This document shows, piece by piece, positions 17,851 to 27,941 of a stretch of 64,000 nucleotides of DNA (positions are counted from its first letter, which is position 1; each line of letters starts with the position of its first letter). A program made the position numbers and the translations under genes. The notes beneath the pieces were generated by a model that saw only the letters and a program-made list of their open reading frames with translations, did no database searches and was not told the DNA's origin. The stretch spans positions 7,985 to 71,984 of the forward strand of contig CAZJQD010000009.1 in NCBI GenBank assembly GCA_964548165.1. Direction: 5' to 3'. Source of the DNA: an uncultured bacterium (GTDB lineage: Bacteria; UBA8481).

Positions 17851-20800
17851 TTGAGGATGAAATTATCGATGAAGCGACTGCGTTTCCTCCTGGGGTGCCT
17901 CCTGGCCCTGGCCGCCGCCGCGCATGCGCTGGAGGCGGTCTCCATCCGGGAATACGCGGTCTTTGCGGAGTCCGACGGCGAGTTCACGATCCGATCCCCG
18001 CTCGGGGCCGTCGTGTTCGGGGACAGCGTTCTCGCGGTGGCTGACGATCGCGGGCGCAAGGTGGTCCTGACGCGGCCTGACGGGCGCAGGATCGTCATCG
18101 ACGTGAGGCCATCCGCCATCTGCGCCGATGGCGCGCGGCTCCTCGTGTCCGAGGGACAGAGCGTCCGATCCTTCGACTCCGAGGGGCGCGAAGGCGCCGT
18201 CGTGGCCGAGCGATCCCACGCGGACTTCTCGCGTATCACCGGGATCGCCGTCGACGTCCGCGGCAACGTTTACCTCTCGGACGACGGTCGCGACGTCGTC
18301 TTCGTGATCTCGCCGGATGGCGTCCTCCTGAATGTCATCGCACGGGGCGCTGACGCGCCCGCCAGGCTCTCCAACCCCTCCGGCGTCGCGCTCGATCATC
18401 GTGGGAGTGTCTACGTGCTGGATCGCGGCAACGAGCGGGTCGCGGTCTTCACCACGGGCGGTATCTTCCGGTTTGCGATCACCGGCTTCGAGGACCCGTC
18501 CGCGTTGGCCGTCGATGCGGAGGGGCTCCTGTACGTTGCCGACCAGGAGGCTTGCCGCGTGCTGCGCTACGATCCCTCGGGCAAGCCCCTGGGTGCGTTC
18601 GGCGCGCGAGGCAGGCAGCGCGGGCAGTTCCGCGAGCCCTCCGGGTTGTCCATCGGTTCGGACGGTTTCCTGCGCGTCGTGGATGCCGGTAATCGCACCA
18701 TTCACACGCTCTCCTGGCCGTCCGGTGTCACGGGAGCGCCGGAGATATTGCCGCTTTCCGTCTCGTGGGTGGGTGAAGTCGCCGGCGACCTGTATCCGGT
18801 GGGCATGGCAGGACCCGGCCGCGCCGCGTTGCGTTCCGGCAATCACGTTCTCGTGACTGATTCGGCCTTGAGGGAGCTGGGGCGGATCACCGAGGGGGTC
18901 CGGGATCCTGTGGCCGTCTCGGCGGATCCGCAGGGACGGTTGTACGTCGTAGACCGCGGCCTGGGAGAGGTGAAGGTCTTCGATCGCGAGCTGCGCGAGC
19001 TGTTCGGGCTCGGCCGCGGCTCGCGCGTCCTGTTCTTCCGCGGCGGCGACGGCAAGCTCGTGAAGCCGCGGGATGTGACGGTCTCCGGCCGCGGCCTCGT
19101 GGCCGTGGCCGACGTCGACAAGGTCGAGATCTTCGGACCGGATGGCACGTGGCTGGTGCGCGCCGGAACCGAGGGAGAGGAGCCGGGGCAGGTCTCGAGC
19201 CCCGTGGCCGTGGCCTACGATCCCGCGGGCAACCTGTTCGTCGCCGACGAGGACAACCGGCGGATCACGAAGTTCGACACGTCCGGAGCCTTCTCCGGCA
19301 ACTACCTCAATGACGTCCGCCCCCTCGCACTGGCCGTCGATGCCCATGGTCGCGTCTACGTGCTCGATGAGCGAGGACCGCGGATACGCGTCTTCTCGAA
19401 TGACCTGGCGTTCCTGGTCACTATCGGAGGAGACGGCCGGGAGCGCGGCGGGCTCCGCGGAGCGCGCGGGCTGACGATCGTCGAGGATCGGCTGATCGTC
19501 GGACGCTCCGGCGATATCGCGATGCTCGATCTCGACCTGCCCGTGCCGGCGCCGAGCGGGATCCGGGCGAGGACGGAGGTGCGGGGTGTCGCGATCCTGT
19601 GGGACACGGCGTCCTCCGCGCTCTCGATGGGATTTCGCGCGGCAGTCTCGGGTGCCGGTATCCGGCGCGTCCAGGCGCTGAGCCCGGGTGAGACGGTGAC
19701 GGGGCTGGCGGACGAGACGGAGTATGAGGTTACGGTCCAGGCCATCAATCGACGGGGCCATGCCGGCTATGCCTCGCCGCCGCTCCTTGTCACGACGCCG
19801 TCGCTTACCCTGCCCGCGCCGGGGGCTCCGCGCGTCGTCTACTCGGGAGGACTCTCCCGCGTCGTCCTGCAGTGGGATCCGGCGACCTCTTCGTATGCCT
19901 CAGGTTACGCCGTCGAGGGCTTCAAGGATCGCGCCTGGGTGCGCTTGGCGGAGGTGAGGGCGCCGCTGGCGGAACTTCCGGCGGGACCGACGCGTCGTTA
20001 CCGCGTCCGAGCCCTGGCCGACAACGGGCGGATGGGCGAACCGTCCATGGAAAGTACGCATGACGCGGCGGAGGGCCTGGATGCCCTGGCCGCCGGCAGT
20101 GACGCCCTGGCCGCCGAAAAGCTCCGCCAGGCAACCCAGCAGGAGTCCCTGAACGGCGCCGTCTGGCGCGGGCTCGGCGAGGCCAGCGAGCGGCTGGAAC
20201 GCTTTCCCGAGGCGTTGACGGCGTACCAGCGCGCGCTTGCGCTCTCCGCCGACGACACGGCGTCCGCGTTCGGCGTCGCGCGCATCGCTCTCCTGCGCGG
20301 CGACTCGACGCAGGCCGCGGCCGCGCTCTCGAGGGCTCGCGCGCTCGGCGCCGGATCCGCGGATCCCGAGGAGCGCTACCTGCGCGGCCAGCTTGCCCTG
20401 GCGGAGGGAGACTACGACACGGCGGTGCGCCTGCTCGCTTCCGCGGTCGCGGCGGTTCCCTCGGCCAGGAATCGCGCCGCGCTGGCGCTCGCGGAGGATC
20501 GCCAGCGGCAGTTCGGCGAGAATCGCCCGCGCCTTGAAATTGTGTCCACGCAGATCCGCCCGATCTTCCCGGCGCTCTACAAGACCTACGCTACCTCGCC
20601 GGTCGGGAGCGTTGTCGTGCGTAACGGCGGCAGGCTTCCCCTGGAGCGCGTTCGGCTCTCGATCTTCATCCGCGGCGCGATGGACTTTCCCTCCGATACC
20701 GTTCTCCCGCGCCTCTCGGCCGGCGAATCGATCCTTGTTCCCCTCCACGTCGAACTCTCCAACAGCATCCTCGACGTGACCGAGGACGACACGAAGCAGG

Positions 20801-21831
20801 CCGAGCTGCGGCTGACGTATTATCGATCGGGGGAGCCCGTGGAGGTCCGTTCGACCGTCGCGTTCCGGCTCTACGCGCGGACGGCGATGACGTGGGACGA
20901 TCCGGCGCGCCTGGCCGCATTCGTGACGGGGCGAGCGCCCGTCGTGGCCGAGTTCGCGCGCAACGTCGCGGCCTTCATCGCGGACCGCCCGTCCCCCAGC
21001 GCGCCCCTGGCGCGGGCGATGGCGCTGAGGCGCGCGTTGGCCCTTCACGGGTTGCAGTACGTCGAGGATCCCCGGATGCCGCTGCGCGTGGTCTCGGAGG
21101 ACGCGACGCTCGTGGATCACGTTCAGCTCCCGGAGGAGACGCTGCGGAACCGTGCCGGCGACTGCGACGACCTCGTGGTGCTCCTGGCCGCGCTCCTCGA
21201 GAATCTCGGCGTGCAGACCGCGCTCGCGGACCTGCCCGGTCACGTCGCGCTCCTCGTGAACACCGAACTGCCTCCGGAGGCGGCCCAGGGGCTGGCGCCC
21301 AACGAGGCGCTCATCGAGCGCGGCGGCACGATCTGGGTTCCGATCGAGACGACGCTCCTGGGCGCGGACTGGGACGAGGCCGTGGCGTCCGCGGCTTCGG
21401 CGATCCGGGCGGCGGGTGCGGCGGCGCGGATCGTGGAGATCGGATCGGCGTGGCGCACGTATCCTCCCGTCACGACGCAGAGCTCGAGCTGGCGCGCGCC
21501 GCTCCCGGACCGCGCCGCGCTCCTGGAGCGCTTTGACGCCGACGATCGCAAGGTGCGGCTCAGCCGGGCGGCCGCCATCGGATCCGCCTACGCGGGCAGA
21601 GCCGACGCCGAGTCCCGCAACCGGCTCGCGGTCATTCACGCGCGGCTGGGGCTCGTCGCGGAGGCCGAGCAATTGCTGGAGGGAGTCGAGACGGCGGCGG
21701 CGTGGAACAACCGGGGAAACCTGGCGATGCTGAGAGGCGACCGCGCGGCCGCGCGTTCCTGCTACGAGAAGGCCCTGGGAATGGATCCCGACGATGCGGG
21801 AGTCCGCACCAACCTGGAGGCGGCGCGATGA
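17851..21831 (+). CDS. 1326-aa secreted multidomain protein: NHL-repeat beta-propeller + 2x FN3-like + TPR + transglutaminase-like core + TPR
   Basis: A signal peptide is present. Repeated 'PxGVAxDxxGxxYVxD' NHL blades are visible. The transglutaminase-like core is 'GDCDDLVVLLAALLENLGVQTALADLPGHVALLV...WVPIETT'. TPR-like Ala-rich repeats follow. The minus-strand ORFs 17863..19761 and 19900..21930 are antisense artefacts. Confidence 0.7.
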   Translation: MRMKLSMKRLRFLLGCLLALAAAAHALEAVSIREYAVFAESDGEFTIRSPLGAVVFGDSVLAVADDRGRKVVLTRPDGRRIVIDVRPSAICADGARLLVSEGQSVRSFDSEGREGAVVAERSHADFSRITGIAVDVRGNVYLSDDGRDVVFVISPDGVLLNVIARGADAPARLSNPSGVALDHRGSVYVLDRGNERVAVFTTGGIFRFAITGFEDPSALAVDAEGLLYVADQEACRVLRYDPSGKPLGAFGARGRQRGQFREPSGLSIGSDGFLRVVDAGNRTIHTLSWPSGVTGAPEILPLSVSWVGEVAGDLYPVGMAGPGRAALRSGNHVLVTDSALRELGRITEGVRDPVAVSADPQGRLYVVDRGLGEVKVFDRELRELFGLGRGSRVLFFRGGDGKLVKPRDVTVSGRGLVAVADVDKVEIFGPDGTWLVRAGTEGEEPGQVSSPVAVAYDPAGNLFVADEDNRRITKFDTSGAFSGNYLNDVRPLALAVDAHGRVYVLDERGPRIRVFSNDLAFLVTIGGDGRERGGLRGARGLTIVEDRLIVGRSGDIAMLDLDLPVPAPSGIRARTEVRGVAILWDTASSALSMGFRAAVSGAGIRRVQALSPGETVTGLADETEYEVTVQAINRRGHAGYASPPLLVTTPSLTLPAPGAPRVVYSGGLSRVVLQWDPATSSYASGYAVEGFKDRAWVRLAEVRAPLAELPAGPTRRYRVRALADNGRMGEPSMESTHDAAEGLDALAAGSDALAAEKLRQATQQESLNGAVWRGLGEASERLERFPEALTAYQRALALSADDTASAFGVARIALLRGDSTQAAAALSRARALGAGSADPEERYLRGQLALAEGDYDTAVRLLASAVAAVPSARNRAALALAEDRQRQFGENRPRLEIVSTQIRPIFPALYKTYATSPVGSVVVRNGGRLPLERVRLSIFIRGAMDFPSDTVLPRLSAGESILVPLHVELSNSILDVTEDDTKQAELRLTYYRSGEPVEVRSTVAFRLYARTAMTWDDPARLAAFVTGRAPVVAEFARNVAAFIADRPSPSAPLARAMALRRALALHGLQYVEDPRMPLRVVSEDATLVDHVQLPEETLRNRAGDCDDLVVLLAALLENLGVQTALADLPGHVALLVNTELPPEAAQGLAPNEALIERGGTIWVPIETTLLGADWDEAVASAASAIRAAGAAARIVEIGSAWRTYPPVTTQSSSWRAPLPDRAALLERFDADDRKVRLSRAAAIGSAYAGRADAESRNRLAVIHARLGLVAEAEQLLEGVETAAAWNNRGNLAMLRGDRAAARSCYEKALGMDPDDAGVRTNLEAAR

Positions 21832-22520
21832 GGAGATTCGGAGACGATCGGACCGACAAGACGCCAAGGCGCCAGCAAGGACGGGATCGAGATCTGGTTG
21901 ACGGGCGGCGTCACCTTCGCATCCTGCCACGCATCCTTCTCGGTCTCGTTCTCTTCACCGCCGTCGCTCATGCCGAGGTCCGGCCTCTGCCGGAGTGGGC
22001 GACGCGGGTGCTTGCGCGGGGACGAGCGGCCGTCGTCGTGACGCCGGTGACTCCGACCGCGGGCATTCCGTCCACGGTGGCCGGGGTCCGCGGCGCGGCG
22101 GCAAGCGCAACCGAGCTCTATTGGAAGGACGCGGACGCGGCGCCGCACGAGCTCGTGGCCCGGGCCGAAGCGTCCGAGCAGGCGGGCGACGACACCCGCG
22201 CGCTCTCGCAATTTCGGCAGGCGCTCGCGGCCGGCGCCTCCGGGAGAGTCGCGGACCGCGCCGTCCTGGGACTGGCCGTTCTTCAACTCCGCGGCGGCGA
22301 TCGCGTGGCCGCGGAAGCGCGCCTGGTTTCGCTCGTCGCCCGCGCCCCCGACAGCGATCTCAAGTACGCGGCCGGGCTTCCCCTCGCCGTCAGCCTCGCC
22401 GCCGGCGCGCGCCGCGCCGAGGCGGAAGCTTTGCTCAAGGAGTTAATGGCCGAGGCCCCCGAACACCCCCTTGCCCGCCAGGCCGATTCTCTTCTCTGGA
22501 TGTTGTCCGAGGGGCGGTAG
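21828..22520 (+). CDS. secreted TPR-like protein (YbgF-like)
   Basis: An ATGA overlap joins it to the upstream stop. It has a signal/TM 'LRILPRILLGLVLFTAVAHA' and Ala-rich TPR-like helices. Confidence 0.55.
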   Translation: MRRFGDDRTDKTPRRQQGRDRDLVDGRRHLRILPRILLGLVLFTAVAHAEVRPLPEWATRVLARGRAAVVVTPVTPTAGIPSTVAGVRGAAASATELYWKDADAAPHELVARAEASEQAGDDTRALSQFRQALAAGASGRVADRAVLGLAVLQLRGGDRVAAEARLVSLVARAPDSDLKYAAGLPLAVSLAAGARRAEAEALLKELMAEAPEHPLARQADSLLWMLSEGR

Positions 22521-22614
22521 CGGGGCTCGCGACAGGATTTCCCGCGGCGCCCGCGCGTTCACTCCCGCTCCGCGCGCCTCAAGAATTCGCGCGTTTCGGC
22601 CGATAGGGGAGGCG

Positions 22615-23376
22615 ATGTCCTCTCCCGATTCCAGCGCGAGTAATCATACACCTCAGGATCCGGTCTCCTTCGAGCGCGTGCATGTTCCGGCGCCGCTGGT
22701 GGCCACGTTCCTGAAGTTCCGCGACGAGGCGGAGCGGGGGCGGGATGCCCTGGCGCGACTGGAGGCGTCGGAAGCGGCGCGGCGCGACGCCGAGAAGAGG
22801 TTGGCCGAGCTGGAGACGGCGCGCCAGCGCTCGCTCCATTGGCTGGCCGCGCTCGACAAGGAGCGTCGCGAAGCCACGCATCGGCTGGTCGCCCTGAAGG
22901 AGACGGCTGTCTCCGCGGCGACGGCGAAGAGCGAGCTGGAGGCCGTGGTTGTCGGCGCCCGGTCCGAGGCTGCGATCGCTCGGCAGAGAGCCGAGGCCGC
23001 GCGGGAGGCCGCAGAAGCGGCTCGCCGCGAATCCGAGGCCTCGCGGGCCGCCGCCGAGGCCGCGCGCTCCGCCGAGGCCGCGGCGCGCGTCGAGGCCGAG
23101 GCGTCCAGGCTCCAGATCGAGACGGCGCGCAAGGAAGCGCTCGCCGCCCGCCTGGTTGCCCGGGAGGCGACCGAGGTGGCCCAGGCCTCGCATCGGGCCG
23201 CGCAGGCCGCCGTGACGCGCCTCGCGTCCGCCCGCAAGCAGGCGACCGAGCTCGGCTTCTGGGGCCGCCTGGGTGCCGCGTGGAAATTCCTCGTGCGCCG
23301 CCCGACCGGTGGCGCCGCCGTTCTCCTTCTTCCAGAACATTCGTCCGCGCCCAGGGAGCGACGCAAAGCCGCCTAG
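22615..23376 (+). CDS. Ala/Arg/Glu-rich coiled-coil protein, unknown function
   Basis: The ATG is preceded by 'aggggagg'. The protein is a long heptad-like 'EAARRDAEKRLAELETARQ...' region. The antisense ORFs in this region are composition artefacts. Confidence 0.5.
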   Translation: MSSPDSSASNHTPQDPVSFERVHVPAPLVATFLKFRDEAERGRDALARLEASEAARRDAEKRLAELETARQRSLHWLAALDKERREATHRLVALKETAVSAATAKSELEAVVVGARSEAAIARQRAEAAREAAEAARRESEASRAAAEAARSAEAAARVEAEASRLQIETARKEALAARLVAREATEVAQASHRAAQAAVTRLASARKQATELGFWGRLGAAWKFLVRRPTGGAAVLLLPEHSSAPRERRKAA

Positions 23377-23409
23377 CCCCAGTCCTTCGCCCATGACCAT
23401 CGCAGAGAC

Positions 23410-23560
23410 CACAGAGCACACGGAGAAAACCCATACGAGGCCATGATTCACGATGGGGCCCGATCCCCTACGTTGCCGTATCAGCAAGACCCTGTGGCAG
23501 AAGGAGGGGTGCTGATGGTGGGTCGGGATGCTTACCTTCTGCGTTCCTCTGCGATCTCCG
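23410..23560. repeat. CACGGAG-family 9-mer arrays in inverted orientation around a ~90-bp spacer
   Basis: The left array is 'atcgcagag-accacagag-cacacggag-aaaac'. The right array is 'gcgttcctctgcgatctccgtggtgcg', the reverse complement of 'caccacggag-atcgcagag-gaac'. Confidence 0.45.
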
Positions 23561-23703
23561 TGGTGCGAATTCGGAACACTAGGGAGCTATCCGTCCACCA
23601 CTCGTCAGCCTATAATCTCCCTCGGTCGTCACGGTCCCCAGGCCGAGGACGGTCAGCGAGATTTCCGTGCAGCTAACGCCAGTTCTATCGAGGGAATGAG
23701 CGC

Positions 23704-25122
23704 ATGACGCGAAGCGGTGGACGACTCGGGATTCTTGCCGGAATACCGGCTCTTCTGTTCCTGGTTGCCCTGGGGGTCCTTTCTCCCTGGGCGTCCTCGG
23801 CCGAGACCGCCGCGCGGGTATCGCCGCGCTCCACGTCCCCCACCACGCCTACCCGCGCCGCGTCACCGGCCGCATCACCGGCCGCTACGCCGTCGGCGTC
23901 GCCCACCGCCGCGCTGGCCACCGCTCCCGCGTCCTCCGTGGCCCCGGCGCCTGCCGGCGACGTCCGTCCGCTCATCTTCTGGCACTCGTTCCGGGGGCAG
24001 GAGGAGACGGCCCTGCAGACGGTCGTCAGCGCCTGGAACCTCGAGCACGAGACCACGCCCATCGTGCTGGTGGCGCGCGACGGTTCCGTCTTCACCGACG
24101 ACGTCGAGGCCGAGATCGCGGCGGGTCGCGGGCCCGACATCTTCGTCTGGGCGCACGACAAGATCGGGGCCTGGGTCGAGAAGGGGCTCCTCCTCCCGCT
24201 CGATCGCCATGTCGACTCCTCGTTGCGCGACGTCTACATGCCGAATTGCCTCGACGCCATGTTCTACCAGAAGAAGCTCTACGGGCTCCCGCTCTCGTTC
24301 GAGACCCTCATCCTCTACTACAACAAGACGCTGGTGCCCCAGCCGCCCACCACGACGGATGAGCTGATCCGGATCGGAAAGACGCTCTCCGACCCCCGCG
24401 CCGACCGCTGGGGGCTCGTGTACGAGCGCGGCAATTTCTATCACCACGCGATGTGGTTTCACGGTTTCGGAGCGCGCGTCTTCGACGGCGACGGCGACCT
24501 CGACGTCATGACGCTGGCCTCGATCCGATCGCTGGAGTTCGCGCGCGACCTGGCGAGCGTGCAGCGGATCATCCCGGACACCGTCGACTGGCAGAGGCAG
24601 ATGACGCTCTTCAACTCGGGCCGGGCCGGGATGTTGATCTCCGGCCCCTGGGCCTTCGGCTCGATCGATCGCGACACGATCGATCTCGGGCTCGCCGTGC
24701 TGCCCTACATCACGCCCGCCCGTTCTCCCGCCGCGCCCTTTCTCGGGGTGAAGGGCTTCTACGTCTCCGCGCGGACCCGCCGGCCCGCCGAGGCCGCCGC
24801 CGCCCTCGCCTACCTCAGCTCGGCCTACGCCGGCTACGTGATGAACGTCCTGGGCGGCTACATGCCCGCCAACCAGCTCGCCTACGAGTACAGCATGGTG
24901 GCCGCCGATCCGGTGACGGCGAAGTTCAAGGAGCAGGTGCTGACCTCGGTGCCGATGCCCTCGGACCCCCGGATGGGTCACGTCTGGAAGGTGATGATGA
25001 TGGACAACGAGGCGAAGAAGCCGGGGTGCCTGGACCGGGTCTTCGACCGCGTGCCTCCGATGGAGGCGGCCCGCGCCGCCTACAGCGACTACCACAGGCT
25101 GCTGCGCGGCCAGGGACGGTAA
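23704..25122 (+). CDS. MalE-like family-1 periplasmic solute-binding protein with an Ala/Pro/Ser/Thr-rich linker
   Basis: The signal peptide is followed by 'IFWHSFRGQEE...IFVWAHDKIGAWVEKGLLLPLD...LPLSFETLILYYNK'. A candidate -10 TATAAT lies at about 23618. Confidence 0.75.
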   Translation: MTRSGGRLGILAGIPALLFLVALGVLSPWASSAETAARVSPRSTSPTTPTRAASPAASPAATPSASPTAALATAPASSVAPAPAGDVRPLIFWHSFRGQEETALQTVVSAWNLEHETTPIVLVARDGSVFTDDVEAEIAAGRGPDIFVWAHDKIGAWVEKGLLLPLDRHVDSSLRDVYMPNCLDAMFYQKKLYGLPLSFETLILYYNKTLVPQPPTTTDELIRIGKTLSDPRADRWGLVYERGNFYHHAMWFHGFGARVFDGDGDLDVMTLASIRSLEFARDLASVQRIIPDTVDWQRQMTLFNSGRAGMLISGPWAFGSIDRDTIDLGLAVLPYITPARSPAAPFLGVKGFYVSARTRRPAEAAAALAYLSSAYAGYVMNVLGGYMPANQLAYEYSMVAADPVTAKFKEQVLTSVPMPSDPRMGHVWKVMMMDNEAKKPGCLDRVFDRVPPMEAARAAYSDYHRLLRGQGR

Positions 25123-25125
25123 CCG

Positions 25126-27000
25126 ATGAAGATCCGCTCCAAGCTCTTTCTCCTCCTGACCGCCCTCTCGCTCGTGCCGCTCGTGGTGCTGGGCGCCGTC
25201 TCGTACACGATCGCGCGCGGCGCGGTCCTCGATTCGGCGCAGGAGCAGTTGACGAAGGTGCGCGACGAGCTCGCTTTCGCGACGACGCGCAACGTCGAGC
25301 GCGCCGGGCGGATCGGCGCCGACGTCGCGAAGGATCAGAACTTCGTCCTCTACCTCACCTACCTGGGGTCCAAGGACGTCCGCTTCCTCGAACCGATCAT
25401 GAAGAAGGTGCTCGGCTATCACCTCGGCCGCGATCCCCGCATCCTCGCCATCACGGTGCGCTTCCCGGGAAGCCCGCCCATCGCGGCGATGCGTCGGCAG
25501 GTCGAGCTCCCCGGGGACCTGGCGGCATCCGGGGAGGCGACGCCCAGCGTCGTGCCGATCGGCGAGGACGCGTTCTGCATCACGGTTCCCGCGGAGGCGG
25601 GGCCGAACAAGGGGACCGTGCACGTCGTCGTGGCGCGGGAGTGGCTGACCGTCGAGATCGACGCGGCGGCCGTGGCCGCGGATCGCCCGGTCGCCGGCTT
25701 CCTGGTCTCGGGCGGACGCCTGCACGGGGCCTCCGCGGGGCTGAACGAGGCCATGCTCGCGGAGCCGTTCGCCGACCAGCCCTGGGTCACCTTCGACGAT
25801 CGCGTCGCCGCGGTGGGCCCCGTCGCCGGGACCCCCTTCTACGTGGGCGCCTCGATGGCCGAGAGCGAATTCCTGGCGCCCGCGCGGTTTGTGCGCAACG
25901 CCTCGCTTGCCCTGATCCTCCTCGTGGCCGCGCTCGTCGTGGTCGCGTCCCTGGGATTCGCCACGACGATCGTGAAGCCCATCGCGGCGATGGTCGCCGT
26001 CGCGCGCAAGGTGGCCGGCGGGGACCTGGACGCGCGCGTCGCGAGCAGGCGCGCGGACGAGCTGGGAGACCTGGGGCGCGACTTCGACGCGATGACGATC
26101 CGGCTCAAGGCCACCATCGGCGATCTCGATCGGAGAGTCCGCGAGCTCACCACGCTCTACGAGGCGTCCACCGTCATCAACCAGAGCGAGGACCTGAAGG
26201 AGGTTCTCGCGCTCTCCGGCGAGCTCCTGGCGAGCGGCTTCGGCGTGACGCGCTCGGTCTTTCTGAAGGCGGAGGAGTCGCCCGGGAATTCGGGAGCGGC
26301 GGCGGGCCGCTTCGTTCCCGTTCACTGGCAGGGGAAGGAGCCGGCGGGCCTCGCGATCGCCGCCGATCACGCGGCCGTCCGGCGCGCGTTCGCGTCGCGT
26401 TCCGCCGTCAGCGTCGCGGGCTTCCGGGAGGACGCCGGCCTCAAGGCCACGATCCCCTCGGCCATCCTCGACGAGCTCAAGCTCTTCGTCGTGGTCCCGA
26501 TCCTGGCGTCGAAGCGCGAGGTCGGACTGATCCTGGTCCTGGACGCGGCGGAGGAGCCGGACGAGGAGGACCGCCGTCTCTTCGCCGTGCTCTCGTCGCT
26601 CATCGCGCCGCTCTTCGTGACGGCGGGTCCGGCGCGCAGCAAGGTGCTCTACGAGGGTCTCCGCGAGGATCTCGGCAAGCTCCTGGAGCGCGTCGACCGG
26701 ATGGATTCGCGGTGCACGGGCGCGACGGTCACGGTGTCCGGAGACCCCGTCGAGGCGTCGCGGGTGACGGAGCGCCTGCACCCCCTGATGAGCACGGAGA
26801 GCGCGCACGTCTACCGGACGGCCCCGGCGACGCTCCTGGCCTTCTTCCCGGGGCTGTCGCCGCTGGAGGTCGAGGCCTCGCTGACGCGGCTCATCGCGGA
26901 GAAAGAACCGGCGGCCGGATTCACGGTTCGCGCCGCCAGCTACCCCGACGACGCCGAGTCGGCCACGGAGCTGATCGCGCGCTGCCTGGCGGCGAAGTGA
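25126..27000 (+). CDS. membrane sensor: TM - periplasmic domain - TM - HAMP - GAF, with no recognisable output domain
   Basis: The start is 3 nt after the solute-binding-protein stop. The domains are TM1 'LFLLLTALSLVPLVVLGAV', TM2 'LALILLVAALVVVASLGFA', a HAMP ('GGDLDARV...DELGDLGRDFDAMTIRLK') and a GAF-like region. The alternative-frame ORFs 24453..27011 and minus 23875..27210 are rejected. Confidence 0.6.
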   Translation: MKIRSKLFLLLTALSLVPLVVLGAVSYTIARGAVLDSAQEQLTKVRDELAFATTRNVERAGRIGADVAKDQNFVLYLTYLGSKDVRFLEPIMKKVLGYHLGRDPRILAITVRFPGSPPIAAMRRQVELPGDLAASGEATPSVVPIGEDAFCITVPAEAGPNKGTVHVVVAREWLTVEIDAAAVAADRPVAGFLVSGGRLHGASAGLNEAMLAEPFADQPWVTFDDRVAAVGPVAGTPFYVGASMAESEFLAPARFVRNASLALILLVAALVVVASLGFATTIVKPIAAMVAVARKVAGGDLDARVASRRADELGDLGRDFDAMTIRLKATIGDLDRRVRELTTLYEASTVINQSEDLKEVLALSGELLASGFGVTRSVFLKAEESPGNSGAAAGRFVPVHWQGKEPAGLAIAADHAAVRRAFASRSAVSVAGFREDAGLKATIPSAILDELKLFVVVPILASKREVGLILVLDAAEEPDEEDRRLFAVLSSLIAPLFVTAGPARSKVLYEGLREDLGKLLERVDRMDSRCTGATVTVSGDPVEASRVTERLHPLMSTESAHVYRTAPATLLAFFPGLSPLEVEASLTRLIAEKEPAAGFTVRAASYPDDAESATELIARCLAAK

Positions 27001-27016
27001 CGGGAGCTTAGGGGCC

Positions 27017-27934
27017 TTGTCCGGGGACGAGCGCGTGGAGAGCGCCGCGAGGGCGGAAGGCGCGGCCTCCGCGCCGGCCGCGCCCGACCACGTCATCGCC
27101 GGCGACGCCGACGCCTCGACGGGAAACGTCGTGCACGAGGGGGTGATCCGGGTCTCGGGCGACGTGCTCAACAACGTCCTGATCTCGGGACGCGCGGGCG
27201 TCCAGATCATGGGATCGGTCTACGCCGGCAAGATCTTCTCGGACGGGGACATCACGATCTTCGGCGACATCACCGGGCGGGGCGAGGGCACGCTCATTCG
27301 CGCCGGCCGCCGCCTGATCGTGCGCTCGATCGTGAACGCGGCCGTCGTCGCCGACACCATCATCTGCCAGGGATCGATCAAGCACAGCCGCGTCCACGCC
27401 TACAACATCATCGAGGCGGTGGCGGGGGAGGGCGAGGTCGCGGCCGCGCAGGTGCGCGCGGGCAACCGCTTCGTCTCCAATGCGCTCGGGGCGCCCGGCG
27501 AGAAGGAGGCCCACATCGATGTCGAGCTCGCCGACAAGAACGTGGTGCTCCGGAACATCTTCGCCTGCGAGGAGGAAATGCGGGGCGTGCACGCGGAGCT
27601 GGAACGCCTGCAGAGGGTCGTCCAGGTCGTGAAGCTGATGGGGGAACGCGTCCGCGAGCTCGACGGCGCGAAGCAGGCGGAACTGAAGGAGAAGCTCCAG
27701 CGCGTCGTCGAGCTCCAGGGGCGGGTCAAGGAGCTGGAGGCGCAGCATGCCTCGTACACGGCGCGCCTCGAGGGCATGGCCGAGAAGCTGGAGTATTTTC
27801 CCGTGGAGATTCGCCAGCGCGTTCAGCGCGGCTCCGTGATCCGGATCGACGGCTCCGAGCTCGAACTGCCCGAGAGCCTCTTGAGCGGGGCCGGCTTCTT
27901 CAAGAAGAAGCGGGTCCAGTTCAAGTCGTTCTGA
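27017..27934 (+). CDS. DUF342/FapA-like protein (beta-helix + coiled coil)
   Basis: Repetitive 'GDV..NNVLISGRAGVQIMGSVYAGKIFSDGDITIFGDITG' beta-helix turns are followed by the 'ELERLQRVVQ...ELEAQHASYTARLEGMAEKLE' coiled coil. The start is uncertain (TTG/GTG). Confidence 0.5.
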   Translation: MSGDERVESAARAEGAASAPAAPDHVIAGDADASTGNVVHEGVIRVSGDVLNNVLISGRAGVQIMGSVYAGKIFSDGDITIFGDITGRGEGTLIRAGRRLIVRSIVNAAVVADTIICQGSIKHSRVHAYNIIEAVAGEGEVAAAQVRAGNRFVSNALGAPGEKEAHIDVELADKNVVLRNIFACEEEMRGVHAELERLQRVVQVVKLMGERVRELDGAKQAELKEKLQRVVELQGRVKELEAQHASYTARLEGMAEKLEYFPVEIRQRVQRGSVIRIDGSELELPESLLSGAGFFKKKRVQFKSF

Positions 27935-27941
27935 GTTCCGG

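Noticed and set aside
16693-21831. Possible lasso-peptide/RiPP cluster (HprK-like kinase + transglutaminase-like domain)
   Set aside because: No asparagine-synthetase-like cyclase, PqqD/RRE or short precursor ORF is present. The transglutaminase-like fold is one domain of a 1326-aa secreted propeller protein, not a B2 protease.
23875-27210. 1111-aa minus-strand ORF, and the 852-aa plus-strand ORF 24453..27011
   Set aside because: These are Arg/Gly/Pro-rich low-complexity translations antisense or out of frame to the solute-binding-protein and sensor genes. They are a typical high-GC open-frame artefact. The same reasoning applies to 3152..5023, 9247..10785, 17863..19761, 19900..21930, 33612..35156, 35057..37051, 37081..38244, 42229..43899, 45770..47812, 48978..50210, 54740..56749 and 57112..58179.
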